A DNA stretch of 64,000 nucleotides from an uncultured bacterium (GTDB lineage: Bacteria; Patescibacteriota; Minisyncoccia; UBA6257; GWB1-50-10). Every line of letters starts with the position of its first letter. Position 1 is the stretch's first letter. The stretch spans positions 637,483 through 701,482 of the forward strand of contig OY970216.1 in the NCBI GenBank assembly GCA_963713955.1, written 5' to 3'. Shown one piece after another: positions 35,419 through 45,235 of the stretch. The translations under genes and the position numbers were made by a program. Under the pieces are notes generated by a model, which made no database searches, had not been told where the DNA came from, and saw only the letters and a list, made by a program, of their open reading frames with translations.

Positions 35419-37242
35419 CTACCAGCTGCCGCCGCCTCCCCCGCCGAAGCCGCCTCCGGAGAATCCCCCGGCGCCGAAGCCGCTCGTCGCGGGAGCCGAG
35501 GCAATCGAGAACGCCTGGTTGAACGAGGTGTTGAAAAACGCCAGATTCGCGACGAGGAGCGATCCGTTGAACGCGGTCATCGTCGGGTCCTCGTACCACG
35601 CAGGCATCGCGGTATAAATGCCTTCGAATTTTTTGGCCCATTCGTTTTCCACTCCGAGAACCATCGCGTACGGCAGGAATTTCTCGAATGTTTCCGGCTT
35701 CAGTTCCGGCGCATCCATCATCTTGAGCCTGTCCTCCTCGGTGTATCGCAAGAACTCCCGGAAGCCGAGAATTTGCTGGAGCGCCGCGACGCCCTTCGGG
35801 GTGAGCTCAGGAGTCGACGAGCGCCCAAATTCAATCACGGTAAGAACGACAGCCGCGAGCGCGATAAAGATCATGAGACCCGGATCCCCGCCGAAAAAGA
35901 TTCCCGCGAGGAGCAGGAGAAGCAAAACGAACATGCCGCCGCCGAAATACATCCTTGACTTGTCGCGCTTGGTCCGGGCGGCCGCGTCGAAGTATCCCTC
36001 GGCGTATATATCATCGTCCGTCACCTTCCCGACGTTTTTCAGAGTCTCAAAAAGGACTGCCCGCGAACCTTGGAGATCGCTCAGGGAAACGCTGCCCCGG
36101 GCGGTGAAGAGGAGATTGAAAATAATCTTTTCGGCCGGATGAACGAGATCGGAACCGTCCTTGAGCTTCACAAGCTCGAAATCTTTCTTGTCGGGCCAGA
36201 ACTTAATCTGCCGCACCGTATAGCGGATTTTGAGGTAGCCCCTCACGGCAAGATCCATGATGACCGACGAAACGTCAGCCATGTCAACTCGCCGGTCGAT
36301 GATCGTCCCCACGTCTATGGGCCGGAGATTGTCCGGCGGACCGTACGCGACGACAACCGGCTGATTCTTGAGTTCCTTCGGTATCACGGGTTTCGATTTC
36401 ATCCTGAGACTCACGCCCCCGAAGCCGCTACGACGGCGCCAGAGAGACGTCCTCACCGCAAAAACAATAAAAACAAAGAAGAAGATGAAACCTGGAATCA
36501 GAGAAAGATTCCCTCCCGAGCCACCACTTCCGGACGGGGCCGAACTCTCGGGAACAACGACCGCCGGAGAAACAGTGAGATGGCCCAGGGGAATCCCCAA
36601 AACGATCGACAACCCCTCGCCGGCATTCAAGGTTCTCGTCGCGGAATAGTTCACGCCCCCGGAAGCTTCACTGAAATTGCAGTCGGTTCCCTTCGCTCCG
36701 GCCGGACCGGTGTAGCACGCCATGGCAAGGCCACTCACCTCTTCCGGGAGTGCAACCGAAGCCGAAACGTTGCCGAGGGGCACGTTCCAGCCGTTGCCGG
36801 TCACGTTCCAGTACACTTCGTCGTGGTCGCTGAACTCGCGAACGGCGTTATGGACGACATAATTTATGACGTACGTCTCGACGCCGCTCACCGAAACGTT
36901 CGGATCTCCTATTTTCACGTCCAGCGTGTTGCCGGACACCGAATCGGAATACGGATAGCTCCTCCCTTGTCCGTCGTCCACGCCCGTAACGTCGACAACG
37001 AGATTGGGACCGTTCGGCGAGGCGAGGGGGATGTCGCGAAGAATGCCGTGCCGTTCGTTCGAATCAAAGTCGTATGTTATCGTCTCCGCGACGGAGAGCG
37101 TCCCGTCGCGTTCCAGAATGATCCGGGAGTTAAAACCGCTCACGGTTTCCGCGTCCGCGCGGACGGCGCGGGCCAAACCGAAAGCCAAGACGGAAAAACT
37201 CACCGCAGCGACGAAACCGAGAACGTATCTCTTAGTGATCAT
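35419..37242 (-). CDS. DUF2207-type membrane protein (signal peptide, extracytoplasmic domain, TM segments, Gly-rich C-terminus)
   Basis: 607 aa; architecture and pairing with the downstream LemA gene are typical of DUF2207. Confidence 0.7.
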   Translation of the reverse strand: MITKRYVLGFVAAVSFSVLAFGLARAVRADAETVSGFNSRIILERDGTLSVAETITYDFDSNERHGILRDIPLASPNGPNLVVDVTGVDDGQGRSYPYSDSVSGNTLDVKIGDPNVSVSGVETYVINYVVHNAVREFSDHDEVYWNVTGNGWNVPLGNVSASVALPEEVSGLAMACYTGPAGAKGTDCNFSEASGGVNYSATRTLNAGEGLSIVLGIPLGHLTVSPAVVVPESSAPSGSGGSGGNLSLIPGFIFFFVFIVFAVRTSLWRRRSGFGGVSLRMKSKPVIPKELKNQPVVVAYGPPDNLRPIDVGTIIDRRVDMADVSSVIMDLAVRGYLKIRYTVRQIKFWPDKKDFELVKLKDGSDLVHPAEKIIFNLLFTARGSVSLSDLQGSRAVLFETLKNVGKVTDDDIYAEGYFDAAARTKRDKSRMYFGGGMFVLLLLLLAGIFFGGDPGLMIFIALAAVVLTVIEFGRSSTPELTPKGVAALQQILGFREFLRYTEEDRLKMMDAPELKPETFEKFLPYAMVLGVENEWAKKFEGIYTAMPAWYEDPTMTAFNGSLLVANLAFFNTSFNQAFSIASAPATSGFGAGGFSGGGFGGGGGGSW

Positions 37243-37251
37243 GAATCTAAT

Positions 37252-37797
37252 TTAAAAGGAAACTTTCACGGCTTCCCGCTCGTTTTCCTCCGCACCGAAA
37301 AACTCGGTTTGCTTAAAACCGAGAATCCCCGCCACTAAATTGGCCGGGAAAACCTGGATAGCGTTGTCGAACTCCCGCACGGCGGCGTTGTAGAAACGGC
37401 GGGCGGACTGGATATCGTCTTCGAGCGACGAGAGTTCGTCCTGGAGTTTCTGGAAGTTCGCGGAAGCCTTGAGATCCGGATAATTTTCCGCGACGGCGAA
37501 GAGACTCTTCAAGGCGCCGCTCAATTGATTCTCCGCTTGGGCCTTGGCCGCTCCCCCGCCTGATACGTTCATCGCGCTCGTCCTCGCCTCCGTGACTTCT
37601 TGAAGAACCGACGCTTCGTAGTTCTTGTAACCCTTGACCGTCTCAACCAAGTTGGGAACCAAATCGTACCGCCGCTTCAACTGCACGTCGACGTCCGACC
37701 AGGCGTTCTGCATCATGTTCCTCTTTCTCACCAGCGAATTGAAAAGGAAAACGGCCCAAACGAGGATTATTCCTATGACTATCAATACGATGATCAT
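37252..37797 (-). CDS. lemA: LemA family protein
   Basis: N-terminal TM helix + NAWSDVDVQLKRRYDLVPNLVETVKGY..RRFYNAAVREFN LemA signature. Confidence 0.85.
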   Translation of the reverse strand: MIIVLIVIGIILVWAVFLFNSLVRKRNMMQNAWSDVDVQLKRRYDLVPNLVETVKGYKNYEASVLQEVTEARTSAMNVSGGGAAKAQAENQLSGALKSLFAVAENYPDLKASANFQKLQDELSSLEDDIQSARRFYNAAVREFDNAIQVFPANLVAGILGFKQTEFFGAEENEREAVKVSF

Positions 37798-37837
37798 GTT
37801 TTTTAAATTTTATTTATCGACCCTCTTTTCGTTTCTG

Positions 37838-37909
37838 AGCCGGAGGCGAGATTCGAACTCGCGACTTGCTGTTTACGAAACAGCTACTCTACCACTGAGT
37901 TACTCCGGC
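37838..37909 (-). tRNA. tRNA-Thr (anticodon CGU)
   Basis: GCCGGAGUAACUCAGUGGUAGAGUAGCUGUUUCGUAAACAGCAAGUCGCGAGUUCGAAUCUCGCCUCCGGCU folds as a cloverleaf: 7-bp acceptor stem, 4-bp D stem, anticodon loop UUCGUAA, 5-bp T stem with UUCGAAU loop. CCA not encoded. Confidence 0.85.
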
Positions 37910-37994
37910 AACGCTATGAATAAATGTAGCTAAAATAGGTGTTTTTGTAAACTCTGGCTTGAAAAAATCAATAAGATGGCATATACTTCAACCA

Positions 37995-38559
37995 GAGCAT
38001 ATCAAGCGACAGCCCGCCTGTATCCGTAAGGTTACGGCGGGAGGAAAGTCGGGACACCCTCGTTCGCTTCGCTCACAGCTTACGAAAGTACCAAAACATA
38101 CGAAATTACGAAACGGCAGATTTCGTACTTTCGTAGATATTCGTAACTTGCGAGCGGAGCGAGCGGAAACGTAGCGGCTAACAGCCGTCGTTCGGAAGAA
38201 TAGAGGTACGAGCAGTGACGTCTTTCGGCGAAAGCCGGAGGAAGACCCAATCCCAAGCTTGCTGGTCTAACTCCGCCATAGGGACAACAAAGCGGAGATG
38301 AAACGGCTAAATCCTTACGGGGTGCAAGGCCGTGCTCGCCAACAGCTACGCAGTTGCTGGCGAGAGCGCCGCCAGAGCCCGAGAGTAATTGAAGGCCCAG
38401 ACAGATTGTCGCGCCGGTTTTGTCTACCGCAGGTAGATACAAAACCGAGCGTCCTGAGTTTTTCGAAGGACATAAATCCCTCGACCCTGCTCGGGATTCT
38501 CGATTTTGCACCACCTCCGGTGGGCAAAATCGGAACAGAATCCCGCTTATGATATGCTC
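37995..38559 (+). ncRNA. rnpB: RNase P RNA (bacterial, unusually long at ~565 nt)
   Basis: P4 5' strand CGGGAGGAAAGUCGGGAC (universal GGAAAGUC); P4 3' strand ACAGAAUCCCGCUUAU near the 3' end; P1 GAGCAUAUCAAGCG pairs with CGCUUAUGAUAUGCUC. Track ORFs in this span (38080..38571 etc.) are rejected. Confidence 0.8.
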
Positions 38560-38564
38560 AAAAA

Positions 38565-38596
38565 GCCGCAACTTCAGTTGCGGCTTTCAGTCTCTT
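38565..38596 (+). terminator. Rho-independent terminator after RNase P RNA
   Basis: GCCGCAACUUCAGUUGCGGC + UUUCAGUCUCUU. Confidence 0.5.
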
Positions 38597-38757
38597 GAAC
38601 TTTCCTGCGGTAAAGCCATAACCCTATTCTCCTTCGCCCTGGATACCTCATCGCTTGCGATGAGGATGAAGGGCGAGGAGAACCCTTCCGTAGCCTTGGC
38701 GAAGGAGGGTTGGCTTCGGATGAATTCCGATACCGCACTGCTTGCAGTGCGGTATCT

Positions 38758-39378
38758 TCATTGTATAAAGTTTTTGCAAAAAGAGCGGCGGTGCACTTCC
38801 GAAAGACCGTGTTTCTTGATGGCCGCGATGTGCGCGCGCGTCCCGTAACCCATATGTCTCTCGAATCCGTACGCCGGATACCTCGCGGAAAGTTTCTTCA
38901 TATACCGATCTCGCTTCACTTTGGCCAGAATGGACGCCGCCTTCACGGCGTTTATCTTCTGGTCGGCCCTCACGACCGTATTCCCTCCCTCGACGTAAAG
39001 TCCACCGTCCAAAAAGACAACCGACCGTTCCCGCGGGATACCCTTTCGGGAAACCAAACGATCGAGCGATCGCTTCACGGCGAGATTCGCGGTATTTGCA
39101 ATGTTTATCTTGTCTATGACGGCCGGCGAAACGCTCGCGATCGCAAAGACAACTCCCTTTTCTTTCAATCTCCTCGACCACGCTTCCCGGGATTTCGCGG
39201 TCAATTTTTTCGAATCGTTTAACCTGACACCGTTCCCGAGCGGAGCGAATTTCATTCCCCTCCGGACGGCCGCGGCGCACACGGTGACGGGCCCGGCAAG
39301 GGGCCCCCGCCCGACTTCATCTATACCGATAGTAAACAAAAGCCTTTTTCGGTGTTGTTTTTCTCTGGTTACTCCCAT
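38758..39378 (-). CDS. rnhB: Ribonuclease HII
   Basis: GIDEVGRGPLAGPV, LNDSKKLT, AASILAKVKRDR signatures. Confidence 0.85.
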   Translation of the reverse strand: MGVTREKQHRKRLLFTIGIDEVGRGPLAGPVTVCAAAVRRGMKFAPLGNGVRLNDSKKLTAKSREAWSRRLKEKGVVFAIASVSPAVIDKINIANTANLAVKRSLDRLVSRKGIPRERSVVFLDGGLYVEGGNTVVRADQKINAVKAASILAKVKRDRYMKKLSARYPAYGFERHMGYGTRAHIAAIKKHGLSEVHRRSFCKNFIQ

Positions 39379-39409
39379 AGAATGAGAACGTCATTATCAT
39401 TGTAGTGTC

Positions 39410-42400
39410 ATGACCAAGTTTGTCCACTTACATACCCATTCCCATTTCTCATTGCTCGACGGACTTTCGAAAATAGACGGCATCGTGGACAAAGCCAAGA
39501 GTTACGGTATGGACGCGGTTGCCGTGACCGATCACGGCAATCTCTACGGCGCCGTGGAGTTCTATAAAAAAGCGAAAAAAGAGGGAATAAAACCGATCAT
39601 CGGCGTCGAGGCTTACCTCGCACCCTACGGACGCCTCAATAAGCGTCCCAAGGTGGACGAAACGAGGTATCATTTGATCCTCCTCGCCAAAAACGAAGCA
39701 GGCTGGAAAAATCTCATTCAACTCGTCACGTCGTCGCAAACCGAAGGATTCTACTACAAACCCCGCATAGACAAAGAGATCCTCGAAAAACGGAGCGAAG
39801 GTTTGATTTGCCTCTCCGGATGTTCTTCCGGGGAAATCTCGCGGCTCCTTGAAACCAACAAACTCGCGGAAGCAGAGGAGGCAGCTCGGTGGTACCGGAA
39901 AATATTCGGCGACGATTTTTACATCGAACTTCAGCCGCACACGCCGGAGCTAAACAAAAAAGCCGCGGCGCTCGCCCGGAAAACGGGCATCGCGGTCGTC
40001 GCGACCCAGGACAGCCATTACCTCGACATACCCGACCGGACCGAACACGAAATCCTCCTCGCGGTCCAGACGAACAACAGGGTGACCAACGACGAGCGAA
40101 TGAGCCTGAAAAATTACGATCTGCATTTTCGGAGCGGCGACGAGATGGCCGAACTCTTCAAGGACACCCCTGAAGCTTTGGAAAACACTCTGAAGATCGC
40201 CGACAAATGCAATTGGGAACTCGAGCTCGGCAAAATACACCTGCCGAGGTTCCCCGTGCCGGACGAGAAAACCGCGATGGGATACCTGAATGAACTCGTT
40301 GAAGAAAGGATAACGAAAAGATACGAGCGGGTAACCAAAGAGATACGAGAACGCGTCGAGCAGGAGCTCGCGGTTATAGAAAAAACCGGCTTCGCCGATT
40401 ACTTCCTCATCGTTCAAGATTACGTAAACTGGGCCAAGGATCACGGAATCGTCGTGGGGCCGGGCCGCGGCTCGGTCGCGGGGAGCATCGTTTCCTATAT
40501 TCTCGGCATCACAAGCCTCGATCCCCTCGCCTATGACCTCCTCTTCGAACGCTTCCTGAATCCCGACCGGATCCAGGCGCCGGATATCGACATCGATTTC
40601 ACCGACCTTAGGCGGGACGAGGTTTTGTCTTACGTCAAGGAAAAATACGGCGAAGATCGCGTTGCCCAGATCATCACCTTCGGCATGATGATGTCAAAAG
40701 CAGCGGTGCGGGACGTAACGCGCGCCCTCGGATTCCCCTATAGCTTGGGCGATCAGATAGCGAAACTCATACCGTTCGCCATGAATCTGAAGCAATCCTT
40801 GGAAACGATCCCCGAACTCAAGGCCATCTACGACGGGAACCCCGACGCCCGGAAGATCATCGCGTCCGCCATCAAACTCGAAGGAACGGCGAGACACGCC
40901 TCGGTCCACGCCTGCGGGGTCGTCATCGCGCCGGAACCCCTGACGAATTTCATGCCGCTCCAGCGGGCGCCCCAAGGAGAAAATTCCGTGATAACCCAGT
41001 TCGAGATGCACAGCGTCGAAGACCTGGGTCTCCTCAAAATGGATTTCCTGGGACTCCGGAACCTCTCCGTCATCGAAGAGACGCTCCGCGTCATCAAGGA
41101 AATGCACGGCACGACGATTGACATCGAGCGCCTGCCGCTCGACGACCGGAAAACGTTCGAGCTCCTCCAGACCGCCGAGACGACTGGCGTCTTCCAACTC
41201 GAGTCCTCGGGCATGCGGAGATATTTGAAGGATCTGAAGCCGACTTCCCTCGAAGACATCATCGTCATGATTTCGCTCTATCGCCCCGGGCCGATGGAAC
41301 TGATCCCCACGTACATAAAGAGGAAATTCGGCAAAGAAGAAGTTTCCTACCTTCACCCCAAGCTCGAGCCGATCCTCAAGACCACGTACGGCGTCGGCAT
41401 CTACCAGGAACAGATGATGAGAATCGCGCGGGATCTCGCTGGGTACACCTTGGCCGAAGCTGATACGCTCCGCAAGGCCATCGGCAAGAAGATCAAGAAG
41501 CTCTTGGACGAGCAGAAGGAAAAACTCGTGAACGGGATGGTCGCGAACGGCATCGACAAGAAGACGGCCAAGGAGATCTGGGAACTCTTCCCGCCCTTCG
41601 CGCGGTACGGATTTAACAGAAGTCACGGGGCCTGCTACGCGATGATCAGCTACGAAACGGCGTACCTTAAGGCCCACTACCCCGTCGAATTCACGGCGAG
41701 CCTCCTCAACATCTCCGGTACGGACATCGAGCGAATCAACTTCCTGGTCGGCGAGGCAAAACGTCTCGGCATCGTGGTCTTGCCGCCGGACATCAACCTG
41801 AGTTTCAAAACGTTCACCGTGGATACTTCGACAAGCTCGACCGGAGGCGGCAACATCAGATTTGGTCTCGCAGCCATCAAAAACATAGGAACCCACATCG
41901 TGGAAAAGATAATAGAGGAACGGACACTCGGGGGACCGTTCGAGGATTTGAGCGATTTTCTCTCGAGGATCCAAGACCGGGATCTGAACAAAAAATCGCT
42001 GGAAAGTCTCGTGAAGGCGGGAGCGTTGGATTCCCTCGGTTCCGAACGCGGACAACTCCTTGAAAGCATCGACGATCTCTTGGCTTGGAACGTCGCCGCT
42101 AAGAAGAATGCGTCAAGCAACCAATCTTCCCTCTTCGCCGGGGAAAAGCAATTCGGCAAACTTAAACTGAAACCGGCGAAGCCGGCGGACAAAAGATCGA
42201 TCATGGCGTGGGAAAAGGAGCTTTTGGGTCTCTATCTTACCGATCACCCCGTGAACGGACGCGCGGCAAAACTGGGAGGGAATGGAATGGTCAAGAACGT
42301 GCGATACGCTCTCGATCTTCCGAAGAACGGCGATCGATCATCCAAGATAATCCTCGCCGGTGTCATCGCGAAAACCCAGAAAATCGTGACCAAGAACGGC

Positions 42401-42583
42401 CAGCCGATGATGTTCGTAACCCTGGAGGACACGGCGGACTCGATCGAACTTTTGGTCTTCAACGATCTTCTGAAAGAGAGTCTGAATGCCTGGCAGGAAA
42501 ACAACGTGATCCTGGTGGAAGGGTGCGTCTCGTGGAAAAACGGCGATACGAAATTCATTTGCGATCGCGTGAAGGAACTATGA
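39410..42583 (+). CDS. dnaE: DNA polymerase III alpha subunit
   Basis: 1057 aa; PHP domain HLHTHSHFSLLDG; polymerase core and HhH regions. Confidence 0.9.
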   Translation: MTKFVHLHTHSHFSLLDGLSKIDGIVDKAKSYGMDAVAVTDHGNLYGAVEFYKKAKKEGIKPIIGVEAYLAPYGRLNKRPKVDETRYHLILLAKNEAGWKNLIQLVTSSQTEGFYYKPRIDKEILEKRSEGLICLSGCSSGEISRLLETNKLAEAEEAARWYRKIFGDDFYIELQPHTPELNKKAAALARKTGIAVVATQDSHYLDIPDRTEHEILLAVQTNNRVTNDERMSLKNYDLHFRSGDEMAELFKDTPEALENTLKIADKCNWELELGKIHLPRFPVPDEKTAMGYLNELVEERITKRYERVTKEIRERVEQELAVIEKTGFADYFLIVQDYVNWAKDHGIVVGPGRGSVAGSIVSYILGITSLDPLAYDLLFERFLNPDRIQAPDIDIDFTDLRRDEVLSYVKEKYGEDRVAQIITFGMMMSKAAVRDVTRALGFPYSLGDQIAKLIPFAMNLKQSLETIPELKAIYDGNPDARKIIASAIKLEGTARHASVHACGVVIAPEPLTNFMPLQRAPQGENSVITQFEMHSVEDLGLLKMDFLGLRNLSVIEETLRVIKEMHGTTIDIERLPLDDRKTFELLQTAETTGVFQLESSGMRRYLKDLKPTSLEDIIVMISLYRPGPMELIPTYIKRKFGKEEVSYLHPKLEPILKTTYGVGIYQEQMMRIARDLAGYTLAEADTLRKAIGKKIKKLLDEQKEKLVNGMVANGIDKKTAKEIWELFPPFARYGFNRSHGACYAMISYETAYLKAHYPVEFTASLLNISGTDIERINFLVGEAKRLGIVVLPPDINLSFKTFTVDTSTSSTGGGNIRFGLAAIKNIGTHIVEKIIEERTLGGPFEDLSDFLSRIQDRDLNKKSLESLVKAGALDSLGSERGQLLESIDDLLAWNVAAKKNASSNQSSLFAGEKQFGKLKLKPAKPADKRSIMAWEKELLGLYLTDHPVNGRAAKLGGNGMVKNVRYALDLPKNGDRSSKIILAGVIAKTQKIVTKNGQPMMFVTLEDTADSIELLVFNDLLKESLNAWQENNVILVEGCVSWKNGDTKFICDRVKEL

Positions 42584-42745
42584 GGCGGGAATAAATTCCT
42601 GCCATTTTTGTTTTCTGTCCATAAGAGGTAGATCTCTCTCCTCGAAGAAATCTCTCGCAGCGAGGTTATAGCTTCGCAAGCGAAGACGACCCTGAGATCG
42701 TCCGGGGATAAATTCGCGCCGATTTTTTCCTTGACCTCCCCCATT

Positions 42746-42779
42746 CCAAGTTAAAAAAGCCATGGCTTTTTTAACTTGG
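42746..42779. terminator. Bidirectional rho-independent terminator between convergent dnaE and a hypothetical gene
   Basis: Perfect 34-nt palindrome ccaagttaaaaaagccatggcttttttaacttgg with A/U runs on both strands. Confidence 0.6.
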
Positions 42780-42856
42780 AAAACAAAAGGACTCCTTCAA
42801 CAATTGTCGAAGGAGTCAAAGATACGAAAATATGAGGATTTCGAGGAGCCGAGATT

Positions 42857-43330
42857 TCAACTTCTGGACTCCTTACCGGAATGACCGACCCGGTGATACG
42901 AAGAGAAGTTACTATCGATCCAAGGCCATCGCAGAACCCAGAGTAAGCCATGCCCATCGAGACACGGGAAACGCCGGCTGTCACCGTCGTTCAAAACCAT
43001 TAACCCGGGTAAATCAATATAGATTTTACCGCGCATTTTCTGGAAGTTGGGGTACACAAGTTGATTCTTCGCAAGATACAAGCCCTGTTGGTAACCAAAC
43101 TTTCCCTCAACGGAACGTAGTCTGTATTCGTACTCTCTTCCGTTTATGGAATTTTCATCAGAACGAAAAACCGTTCCCAAGACCAGTGTGACTGGCTCGG
43201 TTGGGGAATTGTCAAACTCGATGGCTTTTATCCAAGAATACTTTCTTTGGAGTTCTTCAAGTGTTGGCCGGGGAATGGCAGGGATTTGAATCTTTAATTC
43301 ACCGGTTTCTCTAAAATAATCACCAACCAT
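42857..43330 (-). CDS. Hypothetical protein (157 aa)
   Basis: GGGAGG 9 nt upstream of the ATG; no recognisable motif. Confidence 0.5.
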   Translation of the reverse strand: MVGDYFRETGELKIQIPAIPRPTLEELQRKYSWIKAIEFDNSPTEPVTLVLGTVFRSDENSINGREYEYRLRSVEGKFGYQQGLYLAKNQLVYPNFQKMRGKIYIDLPGLMVLNDGDSRRFPCLDGHGLLWVLRWPWIDSNFSSYHRVGHSGKESRS

Positions 43331-43489
43331 ACTTAGTCGCCTCCCACTCTATAGCTTCCACCATCCGATCGTTTGTTCATGGACAGCAAAAACTGTTTAT
43401 GATGATGAACTTAGAGTTTACACAATACCACAAATCAATAGCGTGGTCAATGTGCGCAAAATGCCGGATTCAAATATAATAAATTCACT

Positions 43490-45235
43490 ATGGCGAAACT
43501 GGAGAAAGTAGAAGAAATCAGGCATTCCCTGGCGCACCTCCTCGCAGCCTCAGTTTTGAAAAAGTTTCCGAAGGCGAAATTGGGGATAGGACCGGTCATC
43601 GAGAACGGTTTTTATTACGATTTCAAGCTCCCCCGCCCCTTGACGCCGGACGATTTGAAAGAACTGGAACACACGATGCGTGCCCTCGTTATGGAAAAGC
43701 TCCCCTTCAAGGGAGAAAAGCTGACTCCGCTTAAGGCCAGGAAAGCGTTCAAGGATCAACCGTTCAAGCTGGATTTGATAAAGGAGTTCGTGAAAGGAAA
43801 GAAACCCCTCACGATCTATAACACCGGCGATGTTTTTTTCGATCTCTGCCGCGGGGGGCACGTAAAAAACACGTCGGAGATAAACACCGACAGTTTCAAA
43901 CTCACCTCGATTGCCGGCGCCTACTGGCGGGGCAACGAGAAGAATCCCCAACTCCAAAGAATCTACGGCGTCGCGTTCGAAACCAAAAAGGAACTGGACG
44001 ATTATCTCGCGATGCTCGAAGAAGCCAAGCGACGCGATCACAAGAAGCTCGGAGTTGAACTCGATCTTTTCACCTTCTCCGACCTCGTGGGCGGTGGCCT
44101 TCCCCTCTGGACGCCCAAGGGAACGCTCGTCCGAAATCTCCTCGACGACTTCGTTTGGGAACTCAGAAAAAAAGCCGGCTATGAACAAGTGGACATTCCG
44201 CACATAACCAAAAAGGAGCTGTATGAAACGAGCGGCCACTGGGAAAAATTCAAAGACGATCTTTTCAAAATCCAGACGCGCGAGGGACATCTCTTTGCGA
44301 TGAAACCCATGAACTGTCCCCACCACACGCAGATCTACGCGCGGCGTCCCTGGAGCTACCGTGATCTTCCTCAGCGATATGCCACGACGACGAAGGTGTA
44401 CCGCGACGAGCAAACCGGCGAACTTTCGGGCCTCTCGCGCGTCCGGGCAATCACTCAGGATGACGCCCATGTCTTTTGCCGTCTTTCCCAAACCAAAGAA
44501 GAATTCCTGAAAATTTGGGATATCGTCCAGACGTTTTATAAGCCGTTCGGCTTCAAGCTCCAAATAAGAGTTTCCACTCATGATCCAAAACACCCCGAAA
44601 AATATCTCGGAGACAAGAAGAAATGGAAATTTGCCGAAGAGATGCTCCAAGAGATCGCCGAAAGCAAAAAAGCTGATACGTTCGAGGGTATCGGCGAAGC
44701 CGCTTTCTACGGCCCGAAACTCGATTTCATGGGAAGGGATTCTCTCGGCCGCGAATGGCAGGTTGCAACCATCCAGCTCGACGTCGTGATGCCCGAACGG
44801 TTCAACTTGACTTGCATCAACGAGGAGGGCAAACCGGAACGGATTGTCATGATCCACGCCGCGATCATGGGATCCATCGAGCGGTTCCTTGCGATTATCA
44901 TCGAACACCTGGCCGGCGATTTCCCCGTGTGGCTCTCGCCCGTCCAGGCGCGCGTGATCCCTATATCAGACCGGCACCGCGAATACGCGGAAAAAGTTTT
45001 GAAAATGCTGAAGGACAACAACGTGCGGGCCGACGTCGCGTCAAGCGGCGAGACGCTCGGGAAAAACATCAGGCAAGGAGAACTAGAAAAAATCCCCTAT
45101 CTCCTCATCGTGGGAGATAAAGAAATCGAGAGCCGATCAGTCAACGTCCGGGAACGGCATAAAAAAGAAACATCCACGGTGTCCGTGGAAAAATTCATAG
45201 AGAGAATAAAGAAAGAAGACGAAGAGAAAAGATGA
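43490..45235 (+). CDS. thrS: Threonyl-tRNA synthetase (no N-terminal TGS domain)
   Basis: Starts in the second N-terminal (editing) domain (RHSLAHLLAASV); class II motifs including MKPMNCPHHTQIY; anticodon-binding C-terminus. Confidence 0.9.
   Translation: MAKLEKVEEIRHSLAHLLAASVLKKFPKAKLGIGPVIENGFYYDFKLPRPLTPDDLKELEHTMRALVMEKLPFKGEKLTPLKARKAFKDQPFKLDLIKEFVKGKKPLTIYNTGDVFFDLCRGGHVKNTSEINTDSFKLTSIAGAYWRGNEKNPQLQRIYGVAFETKKELDDYLAMLEEAKRRDHKKLGVELDLFTFSDLVGGGLPLWTPKGTLVRNLLDDFVWELRKKAGYEQVDIPHITKKELYETSGHWEKFKDDLFKIQTREGHLFAMKPMNCPHHTQIYARRPWSYRDLPQRYATTTKVYRDEQTGELSGLSRVRAITQDDAHVFCRLSQTKEEFLKIWDIVQTFYKPFGFKLQIRVSTHDPKHPEKYLGDKKKWKFAEEMLQEIAESKKADTFEGIGEAAFYGPKLDFMGRDSLGREWQVATIQLDVVMPERFNLTCINEEGKPERIVMIHAAIMGSIERFLAIIIEHLAGDFPVWLSPVQARVIPISDRHREYAEKVLKMLKDNNVRADVASSGETLGKNIRQGELEKIPYLLIVGDKEIESRSVNVRERHKKETSTVSVEKFIERIKKEDEEKR

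Noticed and set aside
38080-39280. Track ORFs 38080..38571, 38298..38552, 38420..38848, 38648..39280, 38710..39222
   Set aside because: They overlap RNase P RNA (P4 motifs found) or are antisense to rnhB. The translations are low-complexity.
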